Assembly (NCBI RefSeq): GCF_004010195.1
Contig: NC_057718.1
Coordinates: forward strand, 44,678,143 to 44,742,142
DNA: 64,000 nucleotides
Direction of reading: 5' to 3'
Source of the DNA: Chiloscyllium plagiosum
Lineage: Eukaryota
Both the position numbers and the translations under genes were made by a program. The notes under the pieces were generated by a model. That model made no database searches, had not been told where the DNA came from, and saw only the letters and a list, made by a program, of their open reading frames with translations. Position 1 is the first letter of the stretch, and each line of letters opens with the position of its first letter. This document shows, in pieces, positions 39,277 to 52,363 of the stretch.

Positions 39277-39916
39277 TGTCACAAAGCTGGTCCTGTTTTT
39301 CTAAAAGCTGTTCCTTTTCTCAAGGATACTGTGTCCTTGATTTTTTTTAGAGAGGTCGTAAATGGGCCGGGCTCCTATTAGACTAGTTTGATACAGAGAT
39401 GAAAAAGATTTTGAGAGGCCTTTTGTTTATATGTAAACAGATGAAACTTCAGGCCAAAGTGGTCATGTTTTAGAAGTGACCTGTATAATGAAAGGGGATT
39501 GGTCAGCTCTCTAGCTGAGCAATTCAATCCAGAACTAGTTGGGAGTTTAACATTAAGCTGTGTGGAAACAGGGGCTCTCTCTCTCCTTCTGCCCTTCTAA
39601 CTTCAATCTGTAAGCATTTGTTCCCTTTGTACTATCTTTTAAAGGGGGTTTGCTTAGTGGGACTGTTGTGTATATTCAGAACAGCATAATAAAGTCTAGT
39701 TTGGATAGACTGAGTTCTGTAGGGGTTCCTGGTTCTGTTCTTTGTGTTTCATTTTGTAATTTTGTGAATAAAGTTTTATCTGTTTTAAAACCTGGTAGTC
39801 AACCTCGCTAACTTACTCCAGGTATTTTCACTGTACACTTACCAAAACAAATTGCAGAATTATGGTCTGGCTGCCTGGTTAAGAATATTTTGAGTGGTCT
39901 GACCTAGACCATAACA
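39277..39916 (+). repeat. 3' LTR (640 bp)
   Basis: Runs TGTCACAAAGC...GACCATAACA, preceded by purine tract AAAGGAGGATGG (39265-39276). Confidence 0.93.
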
Positions 39917-39920
39917 GTGG

Positions 39921-40640
39921 CAATTTAGGAAAAGGAGAGGTGCAACAAGACCTGGATGTCATGGTGGAACAGACGCTGAAGATTGGCATGCAGGTGCAGT
40001 AGGCAGTGAGGAAAGCTAATGGCGTGCTGGCCTTTTTAGCGAGAGGATTTGAGTAGAGGAGTAAGGGTGTCTTGATGCAGTTGGTGCAGAGGCCACACCT
40101 TGGGTATTTTGGTGTGCAATTTTGGTCTCCTAGTCTGAGGAAGGACATTCTTGCTATTGAAGGAGCCCAGCGAAGGTTCTCCAGACTGATTCCCTGGAAT
40201 AGCAAGACTGACATATGATTAAAGACTGGATTGACTGGGCTTGTACTTGCTGGAATTAAGAAGAATGAGGGGGATCTCATAGAAACATATAAAATCCTGA
40301 TGGGATTGGACAGGCTAGCTGCAGGAAAACTATTCCCGATGTTGGGGAAGTCCAGAACTAGGCATCACAGTTTAAGAATAGGAGGTAAGCCATTCAGGAC
40401 TGAGATGAGGAAGAATTTCTTCACTCAGGAAGTTGTGAATCTGTGGAATTCTCTACCACAGAAGGCTGTTGGGGCCAGTTTGTTAGATATATTCAAGAGC
40501 TGCGGCTAAAGGGATCAAGGGCTATGGAGAGAAAATGGGAATGGGATACTGAAATTGCATGATCAGTCTTGATCATATTGAATGCTAGTGCAGGCTGGAA
40601 GGGCTGAATGGCCTATTCATGCACCCATTTTCTGTATTTC
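39921..40640 (+). mobile_element. 3' continuation of the CR1 split by the gypsy element
   Basis: Joins 31796 to give TATTATCTGAATG-GTGG-CAATTTAGGAAAAGGAGAGGTGCAACAAGACCTG, collinear with the uninterrupted CR1 at ~25570-25620. Contains GDLIETYK and FFTQEVVNLWNSLP. Confidence 0.9.
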
Positions 40641-41134
40641 AATATTTGTAGCACCTTGCACCTAATAACTGCAGCAAGACCATGGCAGCCACATAGGAAG
40701 CAGCTAGCAACATATCACCCAATACCCATCAATGACTCTCTGATTCAACAGGGAGCTGAAAACAAAAAATTTGGGACATCACAGCATGTCTGGCAGAATC
40801 CATGGAGAGAGAGCAAGCAAATGCGATTTCCAGTATCTGCAGCAATTTGCTCCTTCAACAGGGAACTGGTGGTTTGTCTCTGTTACTCAGCCTGAGGTAA
40901 TACTGCATGAAACAATTTCTAGATCCTTAATTTACTTTAGTTTCTTATCTGAATCTCCAAATCAATATCATCATAAATAGTTGATTTGAAAGAAATATAT
41001 TTTGGATTTGTTCAAAATGACATTTGAACTAATTTGTGATAGCCAGTGTCAATACGAAATGGCGATTTGATAATGGTGTTCAAAATAATTACAAATACGT
41101 AAAGTTATTTCTATAAAGTAAGGTGAAGAACACG

Positions 41135-41465
41135 ATCTAGGCTGTCACTCCAGTACAGTACTATCAGAAGTACATTCATTTGGATGAGATGCTAAACTGA
41201 GATCCTAGCTGCTTGTAGCACAAATTGAAGAGTGAGGAGATCCTGACCAATATCTCAATCGACACTTACAAAATGATTATCTGGCTACTATTATTCAGTT
41301 GCTATTTCTGGGACTTGGTTGTAGCAAACTTGCTGCTGCATTGGCCCACATTATAACAGTGACTACATCTCCAAAAGAAGATTTTTGGCTGCAAAGCATT
41401 TCATAACATCCAACACTTTGGGATGTTTTAAAGTGAATGTGAAAGGTGGCAAATTAATACAAGTT
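41135..41465 (+). mobile_element. Ancient Deu-domain SINE-like remnant
   Basis: tttggatgagatgctaaactgag...gattatctgg...gctgctgcatt..cacattataacagtgactac resembles the DeuSINE/SacSINE1 core; a related inverted copy lies at ~3980-4260. Confidence 0.55.
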
Positions 41466-43254
41466 GTTGACATTGTTGTTCTTTCCTTGATATGCAGGGA
41501 AAAATGAGAGGAAACGCTTTCATGCAAATCGTTATCACATTGTGGAAATTTTGCATGACAATTATAGCATTCACAAAGTTACAAAATATAGAAGTGCATA
41601 AAATTAAAGCAAGAAAATGGGTCTATATCAAATTAGTTGTGAGAAGAGCCCTACATTTATCACAGACAATGAAGACATAGTGGCTTCCAGTATAGATGAA
41701 ATAATTGCTCAGCATGGAGCAAAGCTGATAAAATGCATTCATTTAAGAGGACTACTTCAAGAATAATTGGCTGGCTGCCAAAACACATAGCACCCAGATG
41801 TAGGGAATTCACATAAAGAAAAGGAATACTGGAAGAAATGTGCATTTTTAAAATGTGATACAATCACATCACATGCAACTGGCAATTCACACTGAAATCT
41901 GGATGAGTGCCTGCTTAGGTCTTTAAGTATCATTTATGCAGCAGTGAGTTAGATAGGGATGTTGCCATATGACACTTTCACAGCATAATAACAATAGAAA
42001 TAACAATTACCTTCAGTACAGCAAAATTGTTTCCATTCGATATTTTGGTAACATTAAAAATACGCATTGAAAGCTATAAAGTAAAAACAGTTAAAAGGAA
42101 AGCCTTCCAGCAACTGGAGTTTTGCCTGATGCAGAGAAATACAATTGTCGTTGTCAAACAATGTCATCGAAGCCCCAGGACACTGCTGGAGCTTCACATT
42201 TGTCAGGGAAAAGAGCTCAATGCAAGCATCCTGAGCCTTTAAAGATACTCCTGCCATCATAAGAGTGGAGCGTTGAAAATTCAATTGAAAACGCTTCGGA
42301 TAAAGTAGCAACTCATGTCAGTTTACAGCAGGACTTCAATAACATGCAGTCCTGGGTTGATAATGAAAATTAAGTAATCCTGAAAGTCACAAATAACTCC
42401 AAGTGTAAGCGCCTCAGCAGGACACACATGGAAATGATATGAATAGCTGGAGGTCCCTCCCTACTACAGAAATCATACTCAGTCTGTCAATTGATTTAGG
42501 TCGCACCCAGCTAGCTTGTTATTGGTCAGTATTTCTCCTAGAACGTGGAACATTAGAACATAGAACATTACGCCGCAGTACAGGTCCTTCAGCCCTCGAT
42601 GTTGCATCGACCTGTGAAACTGATCTGAAGCCCATCTAACCTATACTATTCCATTATATCCATATGTCTATCCAATGACTATGTTGTATTGGCATTGGTC
42701 TCCTAAGTGCATCATGGGACTCCCATTTGTCTGCCATTCATAAGGCTTCTGCCTGCCGATGGTAAAATCCTCAGCCAACTGCAAAATAAGTCTTGATAAA
42801 ATGGTTGTGGATACCAGCTGAGGTGGAATGAGACTAAATGGAAGGCAAGACTTTCCCACAGAGGTTTTGCAGAGCATGGAGTTAAAATTCCTACATGGCC
42901 TCAAATCAGGTCAATTTTGAAGTGGTGCCACAATTTATGCTTCCTATTTAAACATGTTTTTCTAGTCCCTTGAAATGATACCTTCATGAATAAGACAGAA
43001 ACTCATGCTTTTCCAATGTATTCAGTCACAATCTACAGGATTTCACCCCAAATCCATTTTTTTTTGTGAAATCTGGCCCCTTTTCTCTATCCCCTGCCCC
43101 ACAACCACCAAGATACTTCAAGATCTCAAGGAAAACAATAGGGTAATTTGAGAGAAACTATTTCTATCAGTTAGAGAATCTGAGACAAGGAGGCATAGTC
43201 TAAAAATTGGAGCCAGACCTTTCAAAAGTGGAATTAGGAAAGCCTTCTCTATAT

Positions 43255-44180
43255 AGAACATAAGAACTAAGAGTAGAGTATTTGTTCTCTTAAGGCTGTC
43301 CTGCCATTCTATAAAATCACAACTTGCCTGCCTCAGGCCCCAATTCATCTTTTATGCCACTCCTTCAGAGCCCTGAACTCCTCAATATTTCAAAAATCTA
43401 TCTACCTGCTCTTGATATAATTTCAGTGACCTGGCTGTCATAACCATCTGGGATACAGAACTATAGACATTCACTGCTTTCACATTTCAATTTTAATGTA
43501 TGCCCCCATAGTCTATAAAAATGTCCCCTAGTTCAAGACTCTCCACTAGTACAAAACTCTTCTCAATATCTACCCTGTCACTCCCCTCAGAATCTTGTAT
43601 GTTACAATAAGATTGCAACATTTTTCTCCTCATTCTTTGAAACTCCCATGAACAAAGACCTTCCTATTTAGCTGTTGTTGGTAAGTCAACCCTTTCATTC
43701 CAGGGATCAGTCTAGTGAATCACTTTGCAACTGCCTCAAATGTCAATATATTCATTTTTATAAATATAGGGACCAACACCCTACACTGTTGTAACAAGAC
43801 TTCTCTCATTTTAACTCCAATCCCCTAGGAATCAAAGCTGAAATTCCATTTACCTTCTTAATTACTTGCTGCATTTGCATACTAACGTTTTGTACTTCAT
43901 GCACAAAAGCACCCATATGTTTCAGTTTTGCACCATTTTGGAGTTTGTCTCTTTTTAAAGAATAGTCGCTCTTTTGATTCTTCCAAATCTAAACTCCATC
44001 CGCCAAGTTTTTGAACACTCATTCAACCTCTCCATATCCCCTTGCAGATTCCTTATGTCCGCCCACCAATACTTATATAGATAGGAAATGAATGAGATTC
44101 TCAGACTGATCCTTGTATCTCTCCACTAGTTACATCTTTCCAACATGAAAAAGATCTACTAATTTGACTTTGTCTTCTGT
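43255..44180 (-). mobile_element. CR1 3'/RT fragment; probable 5' part at 46200-47000 beyond the Penelope element
   Basis: CR1 tail (agaacataagaact) and RT remnants. Endonuclease remnants FIEQYVIQHT..AIIDL and NSIYNKINEL..ITET at 46360-46990. Confidence 0.75.
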
Positions 44181-44182
44181 GA

Positions 44183-46200
44183 GTCAAAAAGTGTGGCACT
44201 AGAAAAGCACAGCAGGTCAGTCAGCATCTGAGGAGCAGGAGAGTCAATGTTTCTGGCATAAGCCCTTCATCAGGAATGTTGGGGGAGGGCGCAGTGCAGG
44301 GAAAGGGGCTGAGAGATAAGTAGGAGGGTGGAGTTAGGGGTGGGAGTGAGGTAGCTAGGAAGGCATTAGGTAGATGCAGGTCGGGGGGTGATGGTGATAG
44401 GTCAGAGCAGAGGGTGAAGCGGATAGGTGGGAAGGAAGATGGGCGGTGTCGATTTGGAGGGTGGGATCTAGGATCAGGTAGGGGAGGGGAGATGAGGAAA
44501 CTGATGGTCAACGTTAATGTTGTGTGGTTGGAGGGTCCCAAGGTTGGAGGGACCGGCCGTCGCGTGGTTTGGATTTGGCAGTGGAGGAAGCCCAGAACTT
44601 GCATGTCCTTGGAGTAATGGGAGGGGGAGTTGAAGTGGTCGGTCACAGGGTGGTAAGGTTGTTTGGTGCGTGTTTCCCAGAGATGTTCCCTGAAACATTC
44701 TGCAAGTTGGGTAGAGGATACCACATCGAGAGCAATGAGGTGGATGAGGTGTTTGGAGGTGCAGAAAATCTCTATCAGATGTGGAAGGATCCTTTGGGAC
44801 CCTGGATGGAGGTGAGGCAGGAGGTGTGAACAGAGGTTTTACACCTCTTGCGGTGGCAAGGGAAGGTGCCGAGAGTGGAGGTTGGGGCGGGGGGGGGTGT
44901 GGATCGGAGGGAATGGTCTCTGTGGAATGCTGATAGGGGTGGGGAGGGGAATATATCTCTCATGGTGGGATCTGATTGTAGATGGTGGACTGGGGGATTC
45001 TATCTTTACTGCAGTTGGTGGGGTGGGATTCAAGGACGGAGGTGAAGGAAGTGGAGAAGATACTCTGGAGGGCATTGTTGATCACATGGGAGGGGAAATT
45101 GCAGTCCTTGAAAAAGGAGGCCATCAGGGATGTCATGAAGTAGAATTGCTCCTCCTCTGTGCAGAGGTGAACACAGAACAATTGGGAGAAAGAGATAGCG
45201 TTTTTCCAGGAGGAGGTGGGTTTGGAAGAGATGGCCAAGTTGAGTCGGTTACTGGAGATGGAATCAGAGAGGTCCAGAAAGGGAAGGGAGGTGTCCAAGA
45301 TGGTCCAGGTGAACTTGAGGTCAAGGTGGAAGGTGTTAGTGAAACTGATGAAGTATTCAATTTCCTCATGGGAGCCTATACAATCATCAGTGTAGCGGAG
45401 GTAAAGGTGGGGAATGGTGCCAGTGTAACTGTGGAAGATGGACTATTCCACGTACTCTACAAAAAGGCAGGCATAGCTAGGGCCCATGCGGGTGCCCATG
45501 GTTACCCCTTTGGTCCTGAGTTCCTGGACCAAAGAGGACAGGATGGTGTTAAGATATGAGGATATGTTCTGTGGGACAGGAGCAGCTAGAGATGATGGGT
45601 CAACCGGAGCAGTCAGGTTTGTGAATTTTGGGTAAGAGGTAGAACCAAGCGGTGCAGGGTTCTGAGACTGTGAGGTTAGAGCGTATGAATGGGAGGTCCC
45701 CTGAGGTGATCAGGTTGTGGATGGTCTGGGGGATGACAGTTTGATGATGGGAGGTGAGGTTATGATTGCGGGGGCAGTAGGAGGAAGTGTCCGTGAGTTG
45801 GCGCCTGGCTCCAGCAGTGTAGAGGTCAGTGCGCCAAACCACCACTGCACCCCCTTGTCTGGTTTGATGGTGAGGGTGGGGTTGGAGTGGATGGAGTGGA
45901 TGGTTGCGCATTGTGAGAATGAGAGGTTGGAGTGAGTGAAAGGGGTGGACAGGTTAAGTTGGTCAATGTCACAGTTGGAGGTAAAGAGGTCAAGGGTGGG
46001 TAACAGACCAGCACAGGGTGTCCAAATGGATGGAGTATGTTGGAGGTGGGAGAAGGGGTCCTAAGAGGGTGAATGGGAGTGGCTGGAGAGAAAGCATTTG
46101 TTGAGTGTGTGGATCCTTCTCAGGATGAAGATTAGCAGAGTTTTTTTGCAGGTCTGGGAGAGTGTGGGTTGCTTTTTGATTAGATCCTTTCACAGACCTC
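44183..46200 (-). mobile_element. Degenerate Penelope-like retroelement (Neptune-like RT) with a 3' hammerhead-bearing terminus
   Basis: Minus-strand motifs GGAVVVWRTDLY, FYLLPKIHKP, GVTMGTRMGPSYACLF, RYTDD, LPFLDL, CHRKRCKT and FREHL. Hammerhead-like CTGATGAagggcttatgccaGAAAC at ~44248-44272. Confidence 0.88.
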
Positions 46201-47419
46201 CTCCTGATCAAGTCTTTCTTTCAACTGGAACACATTTTTATTGAGTCTTATTGAAATATCTGCATAAATACATTACTTATCTACTGGCCTTCCACTTAAT
46301 CTAAATTCTGAGCACATGTTGGACAATCTTTCTACATACCACAGTTATTAACCTTATTTTAGTTGAGGACACTGGTTTGATACCTGAAACTGAATTTGAA
46401 GTTTTCATATATGTGATCATTATCCCCTAAAGAATCTTTAATTACAAGAAGTCCTCTTCGCCTCACCTCATAACACATTATTAAATCTATAATAGCTTCT
46501 TCCCAGGTATGTTGGATAACGTACTGCTCTATGAAACAATTGCTAATGTATTCTGCAAATTCATCTTCCATGTTACCTTCGCTCATCTGATTTGTCCTGT
46601 TCCCTTCTTACGTGACTCAATTATTTCCTGATTTATATTTTGTCCTACAGTGAGGCAACACTTCGGGGACCTACAGATGACTCATACCAATGACTTCTTT
46701 CCTTTGCTATTCCTTACTTCAAGCCAAATTGATACTATTTCATGCTCTATTGTACCCATATCATCACTATTCAGCAACATACTGATAGCTATGAACAATG
46801 TTATCCTGCATCTTTTTCCTTTTTGCCTATTCTTCCAGAATACCGGATACTCTTAAATATTGAACACCCAGTACTGGTCACCCTAGAACCCAGTCTCTGT
46901 AATAGTTATCAAACCACAATAATGTTTTTCTATTTGCACTGTCAATTCATTTATCTTGTTATAAATGCTATTTGATTTCAAATGAGGAGACATAAGCTTT
47001 GAATTTTTACCATAACTACGTAACCTGGTTCTAATATCTGCTGCACTCCTCTGCATATGTTTTCTAGCCCTTTCTGTCACAAGTTGAGTATTATTTGCCT
47101 CTTCACTGACCTACATATCTGCTCTCTCATTCCTTTTTTATTTTTTAAACATAAACAGGATAGTGGACATTTAGAAATCTCTATCACAAGCAGAATTTGA
47201 TGTTCAATCCACAACATAATTTCAAAACTAAGATTGATAAATTTTGCAATGTGACGATTTAAGGGAAATAGGGTAAAGATGAGTATGCAGAGTTGGTTCA
47301 TGCACCAGCCATGATCTGGTTGAATGGTGGAACAGGCTCAAGAGGCTAAAAGCGTATTCCCATAACTATTTACCCATGTTTCTTCATCCCACCATTGGTA
47401 GCTATTCCTTCAGCCTGTA

Positions 47420-47775
47420 ATTCATATAATCATTGAATAATACAGCACAGAAGAAGCCATTTGGTCCATCGAGCCTATGATGAATTTGTGAGAGAGCAAA
47501 CCAGCTGCTCCTTTAGACTGCCTTTTTTTTTCCTTTTGATTTTGTCCAATTGATTTCATAAAGTTATTTTTCACAACAGCTTCCACCGTCCTTTCAGGTA
47601 GTACAATCAAGATCTCAACAACTCTTTTTTTGCTAATGCCAGCTCTGATCCATTTGCGATTTATCCTTAGGATGCATCTTCTGGTTGCCAATCCTTCTGC
47701 CACTAGAAACAATCCCTGCTGATTTACCCTGTCAAGATTTTCAACACCTTTTCCAAATCTCCATTCCACCATAAA
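47420..47775 (-). mobile_element. Old CR1 3' end
   Basis: LDRVNQQGLF..RVVEI..LPE..VEA remnants. Confidence 0.65.
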
Positions 47776-48547
47776 GAGAATAATTCTCCTTTATCTTTTA
47801 CTACCAATTCATTTGCAAAATAATCTTTCTTATTTTTACCCTATCACTAACTTTTCCATTTTTTTTCCTTTCTTACTGCCCCCCCTTTCTGTCCTTAAAA
47901 ACATGAAAAGCAGAATCATTTCCAACAGCTGCCATCTGAAATAAAAATGAGGGCAGAGGTGTTAATCTGAACTCCATTTAAGTTTGGAAGGCTGTAATGT
48001 GCCTATTTAAAGATGGGGTGTTCTTCCTCAAGTTGCCCTTTCCTTCTTTCTGTCCCTGCCCTACTTTCCCTGCCTTGCTTTAAAATTATTACATCTCTAA
48101 GAATCCTCAGTTCTGATGGACAGTCAATGACTTGAAATGTTGTGTGGCATTTAATATTACTGACTTGCATGTTGTGGGGCTGAGGGTCATAACAATTTAG
48201 CAGCCTGTTTATTCTAACAGCTGGCTTTGTTGTGGCTCTTTAACACAGCCAAAATATTAGAATCCTACCTTCACATTTTCATTGGAATGACTGGAATCAG
48301 AATCCAATACCTGAGAATGTGGTGGAAGCAGGTTCAATTGAGGCATTTAGGAAAGAGTTTTTTTATTATCTGGGAAGGAAGAATGTGCAATGCTACAGAG
48401 TGGAATCTAGGAAATGGCACTGGGTACATTGCGCATTCAAAGAACTAACACAGATAGGAAGGGCCAAATGGCTTCCTTCTATACGTTAAACAATCAAAAT
48501 TCATTCTAATATATTTTTCTGCTTTACAAATCTTTGAGTTCTGTGCA

Positions 48548-48615
48548 CCCTAACCCTAACCCTATCACACAGGCCTAACTCTAACCCTAACTCTAACCCT
48601 AATCCTAACCCTAAC
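48548..48615. repeat. Short interstitial telomere-like (CCCTAA)n tract
   Basis: About 10 CCCTAA/CTCTAA/TCCTAA units with a short interruption. Confidence 0.85.
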
Positions 48616-49063
48616 AGGCACTGTGTAGTGCCTCCTGGAAGAAGCCAACACGTTGGCATGCCAATTGGCACACACGGAATCTCTCAGTGGCTATGTGACT
48701 GTACAGTTTAGAGGGAACAATGGTAATAATTCACTCTAATAGGAAATAGGTTAGCGAGACTTATTGTGTAATGGGTTTCATTTGTGTGCATATAGCAAGG
48801 TTCATGGCATTGTGTTAATAAATTAACACTTTTTTCAGACCTTTGTTCTCCTAGGTTCTACTTTGTTGTGTTCCAAAATCACTTTGGACACTGGCCTTGG
48901 CAAATACATCAGGCTGAACTGAGGGTTTTTTGACTGCCATAAGTATGCAATCACTGTAGCTATGGGAATCCAAACACTGCCATGAAGTGACAGCCCCCTG
49001 TGCCTGTCCAGGTTTATCCAAAACAAACAGGACAAAAGTGGCTGCCTTCACACAAGACATTTT

Positions 49064-49240
49064 TGATTAGATTAGATTAGATTTCCTACAGTGTGGAAAC
49101 AGGCCCTTTGGCCCAACCAGTCCACATCAACCCTCCGAAGAATAACCCACCCAGCCCCATTTCTCCTCTGAATAATGCACCTAACACTAAGGGCAATTTA
49201 GCATGGCCAATTCACCTGACTTGCACATCTTTGGGCTGTG
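49064..49240 (-). mobile_element. HE1-like SINE 3' half
   Basis: (GATTA)n tail and body shared with 63470-63620. Confidence 0.8.
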
Positions 49241-49540
49241 TTGGGAATTATAGACAGTAGATTCTAGAGAAGATAATAACAGCTACTTAGAAGAAGCCAG
49301 AGGTAATGCAATTCAGGCCGGCGCTGACCTTGATGGTTCCTGACAGTGTATGCCCAATTGATTCAGTAGGGAGGATGTCTTGTTTGAGGATGCTGCAGTT
49401 GTGAGCAGTCAAGTTGCTTGGTCATGTCAAGAAAGCTGATCCTCTTCCTGTTATACTCTTTGCTGGGGGTATTGCCTCCTTGCAGCTGTAGTTTTGTGCA
49501 TATTCCTCTGTCCTGTGGAGCAACTTAGGATAAATAGTAA

Positions 49541-49598
49541 CTGCTGCTGCTGTTGCTGTTGCTGCTTCTACTGTCGCTGTTGCTGCCCCTGCCATTGC
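49541..49598. repeat. Degenerate (CTG/TTG)n trinucleotide tract
   Basis: Direct reading. Confidence 0.75.
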
Positions 49599-50269
49599 TA
49601 GTATTTCCCTGGCTGTTCTTGTTACCCATCATCAGAGATCCAAACAATTGCTGTATTGATTACTTCCATTCTACAATGAAGACTGACAACAGGAAATTTG
49701 AAGTCATGATGAATAAAGTTCAAGATATATCAAATGACTTCCAGAAGGTTGGAAATCAGCTTTAAAGCAGCAAAATCATGCTCTCACAGGCCAAGTTTAA
49801 CTCCTCATAGACTTTCCCTCACTTCTCAGTTTCCTTAAACAAAGGCTCGACACCAAGTTTTTTAAATGTGGATCCTGGCAAGTTTCATACAATTCAAATA
49901 AACCATACATTGGCTGTTGAACTCAGAAGTTTGATAATTTACTTACCCAACATTTTCATAGTAGTTTCTTATTCTCCCTACAAACCCACCTGAGTTAAAC
50001 ACAGAAGTACACTGAATCAAGTTTGGCTCGCAATGTGTAGAACTGTTTAGGACTTTAATCTCAGCCTACACCCAAACTTGCAATGCTTTGGTAGTTAAGC
50101 TTCTCCTGTTAACTTTGTTTCTTTCTACAGTTGTAACCTAACCTGAGTATTTTTTAGTATTTTTTGTTGTGATCCCTCATACCCAGTATTATTCCAGCCA
50201 ATCTCCCCACACATCAGCCCCTCATAAGGTCTTAGCATTCGAAAATGTACGGATGCTAAGAATTTGTCT

Positions 50270-50840
50270 CAATATTCCAAGCTGACACTTAGCCAATGCT
50301 TTCTAAAGGTTTAGCATACCTTCCTAGCTTTTGAAAAACAAAATCTTGAATGTCTTTTTAACAACTTTCTCAATTTGTCTTGTTACCTTCTAAGACTTAT
50401 ATACATACACCTTCAGGCCTCTCTATTCTTATGCCTCATTATATCTTATCATGTAGTTTAAATTCTTCCTAAAATGCTTTACACCTCTCTGAGTTAAATT
50501 TTATCAGACATATGTTTATCTATTTTACATACAATTTAATTACTTAGTTGAAAGCTTCCCGACAAAGCAGCCTGGTGACTTTTGCACCATGTACAAATTT
50601 TGAATTACACCCTGAAAACCCAAGTCCAGGTCATTAATATATATTAAAAAGAGCTATGTTCTCAAGACTGACTCCTGGGGACATCACTCCATATTACCTT
50701 CCAGTCTGAAAACAACTATTCACCAACACTGCTTTCTCTTACTTAGTCATTCCTGTATCCATGCTGTCATTGCCACTTTAATTCCATGGACATCAACTTT
50801 GCTATCAAGTGCATTATGTGGTATTATAGCAATTTCTTGA
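50270..50840 (-). mobile_element. Old CR1/L2-type RT fragment
   Basis: Reverse complement shows GVMSPGVSLE (GVPQGSVLG-like) and upstream RT remnants. Confidence 0.55.
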
Positions 50841-51965
50841 AAGCCTACAGAGATGATGGTTTATAAATCAACATTCGAAGCTTCAAAATCCCTCCAAAAG
50901 TAGGGGTCAGCTTTTATCCCAAGTATTTTGATGTGACTGTTAGTGATTAGGGTCTTTGTCGTTTGTGACAAAGGATCTATTTTGTGTGAGCAAGTTTTAA
51001 CCTCTTATATATCTTTTCAACACAGTCTTTCCTGGTTAGTTGATCCTTTGCACCCAGTTATACTGCACTGATACGCAAAATATTTATTTGTAAGGTGAAA
51101 AGTTGAAGGTGATTCATAACACAGTATTCAAGCGTAGCATGTCATGGCTGTAACAGGGAACTGATTTATACACTAACTATATGCAAAAGCATGTTTATTG
51201 TCGTTTAAAAATTGAGTGAGCCGATGTGCCAAGTTGACTGTTCCAATCTACGTTATATACACACATCAATCTTACTCATCCATCCTCTCCATTACTTGAT
51301 CAAATAATTTACCCTCAAACTCTCTCAGTTCTCTACCTTTCTGTTCTAAGACTTTCCAACCCTTTAATGAAGCTTTTGATCAGCCATCCTCAAATGCCCT
51401 TAATCAGCTCAGTGTTCATTTTATTTGATTACATCTCTGTGAAGTGCTTTAGGATATTTTCTCATTAAAGCCAGCACATAAGCATGAGGTGCTATAGATT
51501 GCAACTTCATCCATTCTGTATTAGAGTTCAATACTACAAATTGACACAAATTTCATTTTACAACAACTCATAGCTTTAATAACAAAATATAATCAAAATC
51601 TCCATATAATAAAAATCACTGAGAAATGTTTTGTGTGTTTTAGAATATTCAGGAGATAGCAAGAGGAGCACTGGCATCAACTAAGAGAAACAATATTGAG
51701 TACATCGCCTTATCTTTATAACACTGACAGGTTGCAAGCACTTTCTGAGTGCTCACAGGCAGCTCACTACTGAGTGTATATCAGAGGGTACAAGAAGTAT
51801 GCTGACTTGCAATGGAGTCAAACAAGAAATGTTCTCCTACAGCTATGACAACTCTTGCAAATTTATCACAGGAAATGTAATCTTAAGTAACATTAAATCT
51901 CCTACATCGGAGAGAAATATTGAATCTTAGGGTTGTTTTTTCTTTCCTGTTGACATACTTTGTCT

Positions 51966-52363
51966 AATGTGGAGGTGCTTGTATTGGACTGGGGTGGACA
52001 AAGTTAAAAATCACACAACACCAGGTTATAGCCCAACAGGTTTATTTGGAAGTATAAGCTTTTGGAAGGCTGCTCCTTCATCATAAGACACAGAATTTAT
52101 AGCAAAAGACTACAGTGTCATGCATCTGGAATGATATATAGCTGTTATGTCTTTCATCTTTTAGGATGTGTTGCAGGTTTTGGTTCATTAACATGTAAAT
52201 CCCAGAACTTCTTTTAAGTCATATTCTCGAGATAAGTTAAGGTTTTCTAAAAAAAACCTTATACTGTGTATAATCGTCCTGCTCCACAGCTACCTGATGA
52301 AGGAGCAGCACTCCGAAAGCTAGTACTTCCAAATAAACTTGGTGTTGAATGATTTTATACTTT
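51966..52363. mobile_element. Second member of the hairpin/hammerhead family, with a ~210-bp spacer
   Basis: Shares the leader and arm ...CAAAGTTAAAAATCACACAACACCAGGTTATAG with the 60630 element. + strand TAC-CTGATGA-a-GGAG-cagca-CTCC-GAAA-GCTA-GTA at 52291-52325. Confidence 0.8.

Larger units (their letters stand above)
31797..39916 (+). mobile_element. Full-length degenerate Gmr1-like Ty3/gypsy LTR retrotransposon
   Basis: Two direct LTRs starting TGTCACAAAGCTGG, a PBS and a PPT. 4-bp flanks GTGA (31793-31796) and GTGG (39917-39920). Internal order gag-PR-IN-RT-RH with many stops and frameshifts. Confidence 0.95.

Noticed and set aside
44882..45559. Longest ORF in the track (225 aa, + strand)
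   Set aside because: It is the antisense shadow of the minus-strand Penelope RT remnant.
49553..49765. Leu-rich signal-peptide-like ORF
   Set aside because: It is generated by a CTG/TTG microsatellite.
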